From sequence record SRR20825019_2740: a DNA stretch of 64,000 nt; one strand, written 5' to 3'. The position numbers and the translations under genes were made by a program. The notes under the pieces are model-generated. The model searched no databases. It saw nothing but the letters and a program-made list of their open reading frames with translations, and was not told the origin of the DNA. The number at the start of each line of letters is the position of its first letter. The first letter of the stretch is position 1. Shown piece by piece: positions 39,301 through 45,439 of the stretch.

Positions 39301-39996
39301 GATGCAGTTGGGTGTCAGTACGCCGGTCTCTGGGTGTAGTACGCAGGTGCCACCATTGAGCAGGGGGCCCCAGAGTTCCAACGTGGAAGCATCGAAACTC
39401 AGGGCTGATAACTGAAGGAACGTCTGCTCTGGTGAAAATGATATGAAATCGGTGCTGGTGACCAGCCGAAGTATTGCGCGGTCGGGTACCACCACACCCT
39501 TAGGCTCTCCGGTCGAGCCGGAGGTAAACATGACATAGGCTGGCCGCTCGCTGTTTTCAGGGATATCCGGTATTTCCACGTTACTTTGCGGGGAATTACG
39601 GGTATTTATCCATGAAATATCAAGGTGATTAAGTAAATCAGATCCAGGAGCATTAATTCCAAACTTTGCAGATACAGCTTCAGTGATGAAATGTTGACGT
39701 TCTTTTGGGTAATTAGCGTCAATAAATACGTAATGAGCGCCACAAAAAAGTATACCCAATAAGTTGGCGCATAAGTCGGGGTGTCTTTCTGACGGAAGTA
39801 TGACCGAAGAGCCTTCTTCTACACCTGCTCTTGCCAACTCGCTGGCAATCCTCCGGGCTTTGTCGAATAATTCGGTATAGGTGAGTTTCTTCCAGGTCTG
39901 ATTGTCTCGCCACGCTACGGCGGTGCGACCGGGGTGGTGCTGAGCGACTTCAATAAAACGGGCGATGACGGTTTGTTGGCTACTGCTGGCGGTCAT
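33307..39996 (-). CDS. Hybrid NRPS/type I PKS, A(Val)-T-KS-AT-ACP-class III aminotransferase
   Basis: A domain FTSGSTGEPKG; T domain GGTSL; KS DPQQR, TACS, HGTAT, KSNIGH; AT GHSIGE and HAFHS; ACP GLDSL; aminotransferase DEVVTGFR and YGKVVGGG; ATG 39996 after AGGA. Confidence 0.93.
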   Translation of the reverse strand: MTASSSQQTVIARFIEVAQHHPGRTAVAWRDNQTWKKLTYTELFDKARRIASELARAGVEEGSSVILPSERHPDLCANLLGILFCGAHYVFIDANYPKERQHFITEAVSAKFGINAPGSDLLNHLDISWINTRNSPQSNVEIPDIPENSERPAYVMFTSGSTGEPKGVVVPDRAILRLVTSTDFISFSPEQTFLQLSALSFDASTLELWGPLLNGGTCVLHPETGVLTPNCIRDVILERDVSTLWLTASLFNTFIAEYPDYLKPVKQLLTGGEALSVPHVRKALEHLPNTALFNGYGPTENTTFTTVFPIPRPLPEDIKRIPIGFPIPGTQCALVDSELNILEGPDQTGELIAFGDGLALGYLNRPELTAEKFIQVKAKDGRSRTGYRTGDLAQLNDDGSYDYLGRIDKQVKIDGHRIEPGEIEYQLNNLEFVTEARVIVRIGPQGQKRLAAYLVSESGFSTQSVRQALAEVVPAYMIPHFIVQVSELPKNKNGKLDEARLPDPYATAPKDAPQASRVTKDRIQESWNTILNRPVEDTDNFMDAGGTSLEALKLATLLERTFEVELSATFVFEHPTIQQQANFFATRSNADDTEASARRGDRNNNEFAIIGMACRFPGANNLDEYWQNLLAGKETVSFFTDDELSPDVSAEERSNPAYVKAKGIVEGYDRFDAKFFGISPIEARVMDPQQRILLELSWHALEDAGIPPGDAQYRTGVFAGMNWARYYQQYVLPNKEIIDSYGVLNCGLANEPDLLSTRISYKLNLKGPSINVFTACSTGLVAVAQACEAIDNGQCEQAIAAGVSISTPVKRGYAYQEGSMLSKDGHCRPFDQDATGTTFNDGAGAIVLKRRDLAERDGDTIYAVIKGYAVNNDGEQKASFTAPSVAGQVAVYKDALARAAIEPSSVGFIETHGTATPLGDPIEVLSLRRCYSSENTREKTCAIGSVKSNIGHAIHAAGLASLIKSTLAVRDNKIPPTLFFQTANPKLELEKSHFYVNTAVEAWKLPSPRRAAVTSLGVGGTNAHVILEEYVPGQAPELPKEITPERRFPILLSAKSKPSLERQIARYCDYFSNRKDALLPNVSHTSIHGRKHFDHRAIVFGGDLPSAMENLGQGVSFAKGQAGNNPNQSVGFMFSGQGTQARHMGKWLYENASSYRETFDRGCKIVLKTSGVDIRGILFAEGDQNADDNLVNQTSFVQPALFLLEFGLANYLKEHGVAPSFLIGHSIGEFAAAALAGIFSFEDAVALVATRGALMQSMPAGKMLIVRSNPDDIEELVGQRAEVAAVNAPGLMVLSGEQEAIKAISAELSERKIASTILQTSHAFHSSMMDPIVPEFEAFVSTIQRQAPSIPIYSTMTGALLTDEEAMSPRYWSQQLRNPVLFSSALQALSLRHENDGERISLLEVGPGNTLVNLANSHRELEGIHAYPALTNKGTDENAEDDIYRSIGQLWVDGHALDWNRYFEGLWVCKERLPGYAFSDDSFWLGPVNNDPANMTNSVAPSTAAASQLSHLANPATPVTQDVKMDSKQHSEKIRADVMAIIEDVSGYELGDADPASHFSEVGLDSLLLTQVATALERQFKLGITFRHLVEEYTSLELISEFIASQVEPEVVTQAAPPSQEAAGQPQPADGSQMSMPSGVDFSTAMPTSGGLIQDIVNAQLQIMQMQLQALGRQGASTAQSVPQTQQAAASTPAPAAAANKERASANESADDTPSKPAHTPGTRITREKTNTEVTSAQREWIDRLMTKYQEKYAGSKSYTQKHRKHLADPRSVSGFNPGWKEVIFPIVTVESKGSKLWDIDGNELIDTSNGFGPILFGHSPDFISNAAKAQIDRGVETGPQSPLAGEVAELFCELTGNERCTFACTGSEANVGALRVARTVTGRTKVVAFEGSYHGIHDEVVMRVGKDHKALPAAPGVPREATSNMILLPWGEQSSLDEIRKLGDEIAAVLVEPVQSRKPQFHSKEYIQEIRRITKENGVALILDEVVTGFRVGPGGIRKRFDVDADMMTYGKVVGGGYPIGIIAGKAKYLDAMDGGYWEFGDDSIPEQGVTFFAGTFVRHPLALAVAKAVLTKIKEDGDSIYPALEEKTTAMAREAKAFIEQLKSNVSFEEFASLFYISIPPTSHWGHLLFLSMTLDGIHIQQYRPNFLTTQHSTEDVKKILQAFKSALANLIVNGLLEGDQVAAKKYLSGNSSIPAGARLGKNEKGEPAYFIEDPDNKGAYVEVGRP

Positions 39997-40205
39997 GACA
40001 AAACGTCCTGTTTGACAATCGTACCTATAAGATCCAATGAAGTGGCGCTGCAGCTTTTTTTTAAAACCCTTGGACATAAATGTCGATGGCTTTTAGGCTT
40101 TGCTATCCTTCATCATTAAAAAAATATAACAGTCTTTCTTTTCGATTGAAATGGAATTTGAAACAGCTTTCAGTTTCTAGTTAACCCTGATGCCGGTGGA
40201 AATGT

Positions 40206-40847
40206 ATGAGTAAGGACACCTTGTTTCCAAACATCGTTAAAAAACGTTGTTTACGACCTCTGAAGCAATGGATTCTCCGCTTGATTGAGATAAAGTCCGG
40301 TATCTTTCTCTCGCAGCACGTTGTCGATGGGGCGTTATCGAGGAATGCAAGCTCTATCGCGCCGGCCCGCATTGTTGAGGCTGACGGAACAGAACCCGGG
40401 TTGCCGGTGTCTGATCAGGAGTTTCTGCGTCGCACCCGCCAGGGTAATCGACTTTTCCAGATGCATGTTGATAACCAACTGGTTTCCTGGGGCTGGGTAG
40501 CTGGGCCGGGCACCTGCATTGGCATTTTACACGACCTTTATCTGACCGTTCCCGATAGGGCGTTCTACATTTGGGACTGCGCTACCATTCCCGAGTGTCG
40601 TGGCCTAGGGTACTTCCAGATGTTGCTTGATGGGATCTTGAGCGTGCATCGCTCTACCTCGACCCTGGCACTCGTGGCGGTTGATACTCACAACGGCGCA
40701 TCCAGGAAGGCTCTGGGCAAGGCGGGCTTCCGGTTCGGATTTACCTACATCAGTGTCCGAACGCTTGGTTTGGGATTGTTCAGTGTTGCGTTCAAGGGGT
40801 GGAGAGTGAGTAGGGCACAGCCCTGGTTTGATCACGTAGGACGTTAG
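40206..40847 (+). CDS. GNAT-family N-acetyltransferase-like protein
   Basis: YIWDCAT-x-PECRGLG acetyl-CoA motif and N-x-ASRKAL-x-KAGF. Confidence 0.75.
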   Translation: MSKDTLFPNIVKKRCLRPLKQWILRLIEIKSGIFLSQHVVDGALSRNASSIAPARIVEADGTEPGLPVSDQEFLRRTRQGNRLFQMHVDNQLVSWGWVAGPGTCIGILHDLYLTVPDRAFYIWDCATIPECRGLGYFQMLLDGILSVHRSTSTLALVAVDTHNGASRKALGKAGFRFGFTYISVRTLGLGLFSVAFKGWRVSRAQPWFDHVGR

Positions 40848-41024
40848 TTCTCCCGCAATCGATCAGGTTGGACCAGTCTGTTGACAGTGCACATGGTAGT
40901 GCTTGCAGCTTTATTGCCCATGGAATATGGTAATTTTGTAATCAGGGAATTAGTAGAAGCAGGGTCCACCTTAACTAGCGCGATTCATGCGGGGCGTTGT
41001 GGATTGTTGAAACAGGAAGTCGCG

Positions 41025-41882
41025 ATGAGTTTATTTGATCTTTCCGGGCCGGAATCCATAAAAACCATTCCCTTTCCCACTGAACAGGACGGATTGCTTC
41101 CTTATATCCGTCGTCGTCAGCCTTTGTTGTTGAGTGGCATCGAGGAGTCTTTGCCGTTCATCCGGGACTGGAACTACGATTTTTTCAGAGAATCGCTTAA
41201 ATCCATTCGGATACAGCGACAGTCAGAAGACGGCATCTACCATTATCTGGGCTTCGAGCGCATCCCCATGGCGGATTTTGATGAGGTGATGCGCACAACC
41301 GGGAATGGCTATGCGCTTGAGCCGCTGAAAGGTCGCGGTGTTTCCGAGGACCTGCCAAACAGTGTTGCGGTCACGTTGCCGGCGTTCGTGCCTGAATCCC
41401 GTTTTCGGGTCTCGAATCTGTACATTGGGCCCGGGAAAAATAAATCGCTGTTGCACTATGACGAAACCCACAGCCTTCTGATGATGTTGGAAGGGCGCAA
41501 ACGATTCATTCTCTTTGCGCCGGATCAAAGCGATTGCATGTATCCATACAGCCCATTCAGTTTGCGGGCATTGTTGGAGAATCGGGTGGTGGACAGCAAG
41601 ATCGACTGCCAGAAGCTGGACCTGGAGGCATTCCCGAAATTGGGCAATGCAAAGGGCATTACCGGCTGGCTGGAAGAAGGGCAGGCACTTTTTATTCCCG
41701 CCGGCACCTGGCATTTCATTGAAGCGGAAGGTCGCAACGTGTCGGTCAACTACTTTTGGCTGCAGAACCGTGTCAGGCACTGGTTACAACAACCACTGCT
41801 TGATTTCTGGCTGAAACGGCGCGCCATTGATGTGCTGGACCAGCTTCGCAAGGTTAAACACAAGTTGTCTGCAGCCGCTTAG
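41025..41882 (+). CDS. Cupin-8/JmjC Fe(II)/2OG oxygenase
   Basis: LHYD, GRKRF-x-LF-x-P and G-x-ALFIP-x-G-x-WH motifs; ATG 41025 after AGGAAG. Confidence 0.85.
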   Translation: MSLFDLSGPESIKTIPFPTEQDGLLPYIRRRQPLLLSGIEESLPFIRDWNYDFFRESLKSIRIQRQSEDGIYHYLGFERIPMADFDEVMRTTGNGYALEPLKGRGVSEDLPNSVAVTLPAFVPESRFRVSNLYIGPGKNKSLLHYDETHSLLMMLEGRKRFILFAPDQSDCMYPYSPFSLRALLENRVVDSKIDCQKLDLEAFPKLGNAKGITGWLEEGQALFIPAGTWHFIEAEGRNVSVNYFWLQNRVRHWLQQPLLDFWLKRRAIDVLDQLRKVKHKLSAAA

Positions 41883-41896
41883 GAAACACGAATACT

Positions 41897-43033
41897 GTGG
41901 AACTAAGAGTTATCAGAACGGAGGAGGCATTCAACCAGATCAGACCACAATGGGACGAGTTGCTGTCGACTCTGGACCCTATTCCTCTACCATTGACTCA
42001 TGCTTGGCTGCAGGCTTGGTGGCGCGCCTTTTCGATCAATATGCAGTTGGAGTTCCGGTGTGTCTATATCGAGGGAGCCTTGGTCGGGGTTGCGCCACTT
42101 TTTCGGGTTCGTGAGCGTTATCGGGGAGTTCCGGTAACACTCCTGAAGCTTGCGGCCAACGGTCACACCCCCTATTCGTCCATCGTCGTTGATTCAGCGG
42201 TGATTGGTCGGGAAAGGGACGCAGTGTTGGGGTTGCTGACAAAGGTAGGTTGTGACGAAATCGGCCTCTTCTTCAAGATACACCAGAGCGGTGACCTGAA
42301 GCGCTTTCTGCAGGACCGCTCGATACCCGGGCACAATCGGGTCGGTGAAAAACCCAGCCTTTACACGCCTGTTATTCGCATTGACCAACCGTGGGAGGCC
42401 TTTTACCGGTCCCGGCCGAGGAAGTTGAAGAAAAGCCTCAACCATAAACTGAACCGGTTTGGAAAGAATGCCGCCTTTTCCATCCATGAAGAGACTATTT
42501 CAAGCCCCGATCAGGACACCGTCCGTGAGTTGGTAGAGATCTCCGCCAACAGCTGGAAGGCGACTGTTGGCAATGATTTGCGCTCGAATGAACGAAGTCG
42601 CCGGTTTCTGCACAATCTGATCGAATCGTTTGGGCCTACCGGTTTGTTGTCGGCCTGGATCATTCGCGATGGAGAGCGCCCGGTGGCGTTCGAAGTTCAC
42701 CTCAAGTACGACGACATTGTTTATCCCATACGTGCTGATTTTGACGAGTCTTATAAAGCCTATTCACCGGGCTCTGTTCTTGAGTACACGGCACTGAAGA
42801 GACTATTTGAGAACGGGTTGGTAAAAGAGTACTACACCTGTGCGGACGACTACTGGTATCTGAGTAACTGGACATCAGAGTACCAGTCATATTGCACCGT
42901 TGAGCTTTTTGGAAGTAGCCCAAAACTTCATCTGTTGTACCTGCTCGAATACCGACTCATACCCGTATTAAAGCGTTTTCTGGGGAAACGCGCCAAACAA
43001 CGCCGCCGTCCCGACGGACTGAAAGGAGAGTGA
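41897..43033 (+). CDS. GNAT-family acyltransferase (CelD/BcsL-like)
   Basis: W-x2-L, W-x2-AWW, GVAPL, SWK and YSPG-x-VL motifs. Confidence 0.8.
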   Translation: MELRVIRTEEAFNQIRPQWDELLSTLDPIPLPLTHAWLQAWWRAFSINMQLEFRCVYIEGALVGVAPLFRVRERYRGVPVTLLKLAANGHTPYSSIVVDSAVIGRERDAVLGLLTKVGCDEIGLFFKIHQSGDLKRFLQDRSIPGHNRVGEKPSLYTPVIRIDQPWEAFYRSRPRKLKKSLNHKLNRFGKNAAFSIHEETISSPDQDTVRELVEISANSWKATVGNDLRSNERSRRFLHNLIESFGPTGLLSAWIIRDGERPVAFEVHLKYDDIVYPIRADFDESYKAYSPGSVLEYTALKRLFENGLVKEYYTCADDYWYLSNWTSEYQSYCTVELFGSSPKLHLLYLLEYRLIPVLKRFLGKRAKQRRRPDGLKGE

Positions 43034-43037
43034 ATCA

Positions 43038-43925
43038 ATGAGGACGCTGGTGATTGTCAGTCCTGACAAGTCGGATATCTATTTTGCCAATCAGCTGGCC
43101 AAGGCCCTGAACGTAGTGGGTGTTGTTGTTGAAAATCAGACACCGGAGAAAGATCGCTCTTCGCTGGCTACCAAAGCCATAAAGTACCTGTCTACGCCCG
43201 GTCAGTTCTTTCGCAAGGTTCTGGAGGTTATGGACGGGCGGTTTATTGAGCCGCGCCAGCCCTACAACGATCCAGCGAATTCACTGGACTTTGGCGAAGA
43301 GGAACGTGTTCTGAAGGTGGGAGAGGGTGTCGAAATACTCCGCACCCAAGGGGTGAATGCGATTAATAACCCTGAATACCTGGCCTGGATTCGAGACCGG
43401 CGGCCTGATGTGATTGCCGTTTGTGGTGCCTCAATTTTAAGGGCGGATCTGCTTGCGATTCCGAAATATGGCGTCCTCAACCTGCATGGGGGGCTCTCCC
43501 AGTTCTACCGTGGTCTGTTTACGACAGACTGGGCGATACACAATCGCGAGCCGGAGTGTGTTGGGGCCACTGTGCATTTTGTATCTGAGGGGGTTGATGA
43601 TGGCGATGTGGTATACCAGGGCCGGCCACACATCGAAGAAGGTGATCACCCTAACAGCCTATATGAAAAAGTGGTCCGCCTCGGAGTGCAAATGATGGTG
43701 CGTGCGGTCTCGGATATCGAGCAGTCCCGATGCCCGAGAACCAAGCTTGAATCGAAGGGGGATCTTTACCTTCACAATATGTTCCATGTCGCGGCCAAGC
43801 GCACCACCTGGCGCCAGATTGAAACAGGCGCGATTACGGATTATCTGACCAATCAGATCGAGCGTGACCAGAAGGTGAAGGGGGCGCTCATCAACGAGTT
43901 CAGTACTCCAAAGGAAACGAGTTAA
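43038..43925 (+). CDS. Formyltransferase (N10-formyl-THF dependent)
   Basis: LNLHGG-x4-YRG, GATVH and GVDDG catalytic motifs. Confidence 0.85.
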   Translation: MRTLVIVSPDKSDIYFANQLAKALNVVGVVVENQTPEKDRSSLATKAIKYLSTPGQFFRKVLEVMDGRFIEPRQPYNDPANSLDFGEEERVLKVGEGVEILRTQGVNAINNPEYLAWIRDRRPDVIAVCGASILRADLLAIPKYGVLNLHGGLSQFYRGLFTTDWAIHNREPECVGATVHFVSEGVDDGDVVYQGRPHIEEGDHPNSLYEKVVRLGVQMMVRAVSDIEQSRCPRTKLESKGDLYLHNMFHVAAKRTTWRQIETGAITDYLTNQIERDQKVKGALINEFSTPKETS

Positions 43926-43930
43926 GTCAA

Positions 43931-45430
43931 TTAACGTCGCGAGTTTTCAAGAAACCGGCCAAACGCTTCCCGTTGTTGGTCGCAATCAGCAATTTCGTTA
44001 CCCTCACAGCGCCCTGCCAGGGCCCATAGCGCGCCGCGGCTGTCGCCGGTGATCTTTTTGAAGGCACCGGTGATCTTGGCTTCGATACGCGAGTCTGTAA
44101 GAGTGTCGCCTATGTCATACCATGACCAGATGATGATCTGTTCTTCGCTTGACTGGCGCTTGATGATGGTTTCGTTCACACGGTTCAGGCTGGGATAAGA
44201 ATCAATATCCAGTTCTTCCGTGGTTTGGGATACGAGAGTCCAGTCATCGCTATCGAAAAGCCGATTGCGGAAATAAATCAGCTCTTTGTTCTGAGTCTGG
44301 AGTCGATAGCCGGTGATCTGCAGCTGCACCTGCTGTAGGTCATCGGATACGTAAACACCACCCAGGTCTATGTCCGGTTTTTGATAGTCTGGTTGCCAGA
44401 TGTTTGCGTGCCTGAGCGGGCCTCGCCATTCCGGTACTGATTCCGGCAGGATGGGGTTCCACTCCGCGGCCACTCTTTCGGTTTTCGCGTGAACGGCGAG
44501 CGGTACCAGGGAAGGCCAGACAATAAGCACCGAAGCAATGACCGGCCAGGCGATGGATGACCGTGGGTGTTCAGACGTTTCTGCTACGGCTGGCGTATCG
44601 ACAGTATCTTCAGATGGTTTGTCCAGCCTCGCTGAAATATAGAAGAGGGGGACCAGGGTAAAGATAACAAACACCACCCAGCCGAAGAGTTCATGGTCTT
44701 CAACCAGCGAGGTTTCCATGTTGGTGTAATGGCCGGCCGCAATAATGCCAAAGACCCGAATCCAGTTGGCCAGCATCGACAGTAAGGCGGAGATGAGGAC
44801 AAGCTGGACCGTGGCCATATATGAGCGGTAGTGGAGCTGCCCGTAGAAACTGGCGAGAAAGAGCGCAACCATAAGGTATCGCACACCGCTGCATCCGTCC
44901 TCGACCAGGAAGGTGCCCACTTCCAGCATGATGTAGAATTCCTTAATGGTGGCCTGTATCCCGGCCAACTGAAGGAAGATATTGTTGAAGAAAACGGTGA
45001 TGTGCTGGAGCAGGGGAGACAGGTCATCCCAAACCGGTACCGCGAATATGAGCAGCATAATCGGGCCGCCGGCGGCTTTCAGGAATCCCTTTCCCCAAAT
45101 GGACCAACCCCAGAAAATAACAAGCACGGGAACCAACAGCAGCCGAAACACCCGGATGTCCGCTGCCTGAGACAGCAGCAGGACGACACTGGCACCGGCC
45201 AGCAGGAATAAGGGCAGTGGAGAGGCATTGATGCGCAGCTTAGCCAGAGACTCCCTTCTCAGGTAAAGCAGAAACAGGGTGCCGGCCAGCACCAGGAATC
45301 CATGGTTGTAGATGATGGAGTCGTACCAGAGGCTAAAGAAGGTCTGCCATTCAGCCCAAAGCCCAAAGACGAGCAAAGGCACCGTTAGCAACCACAGGTA
45401 CTGCCGGGAATATCCTGTAACCGTGTGCAT
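43931..45430 (-). CDS. xrtA: Exosortase A with fused EpsI-like periplasmic domain
   Basis: YNHG, about 8 TMs, GCSGVRY (Cys), ANWIRV (Arg), DHELFGW (His); soluble C-terminal domain with Q-x2-EL and W-x-WY. Confidence 0.9.
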   Translation of the reverse strand: MHTVTGYSRQYLWLLTVPLLVFGLWAEWQTFFSLWYDSIIYNHGFLVLAGTLFLLYLRRESLAKLRINASPLPLFLLAGASVVLLLSQAADIRVFRLLLVPVLVIFWGWSIWGKGFLKAAGGPIMLLIFAVPVWDDLSPLLQHITVFFNNIFLQLAGIQATIKEFYIMLEVGTFLVEDGCSGVRYLMVALFLASFYGQLHYRSYMATVQLVLISALLSMLANWIRVFGIIAAGHYTNMETSLVEDHELFGWVVFVIFTLVPLFYISARLDKPSEDTVDTPAVAETSEHPRSSIAWPVIASVLIVWPSLVPLAVHAKTERVAAEWNPILPESVPEWRGPLRHANIWQPDYQKPDIDLGGVYVSDDLQQVQLQITGYRLQTQNKELIYFRNRLFDSDDWTLVSQTTEELDIDSYPSLNRVNETIIKRQSSEEQIIIWSWYDIGDTLTDSRIEAKITGAFKKITGDSRGALWALAGRCEGNEIADCDQQREAFGRFLENSRR

Positions 45431-45439
45431 AAGTTCCTT

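Noticed and set aside
28805-39996. Siderophore or secreted antibiotic cluster
   Set aside because: No TonB receptor, chelator-forming enzymes, exporter, TE or resistance gene in the window; not excluded if those are encoded elsewhere
39540-40200. AT-rich 5' end of the PKS gene as a possible domain-swap junction
   Set aside because: It adjoins the divergent promoter region and 5' AT bias is common; no breakpoint can be shown without homologues
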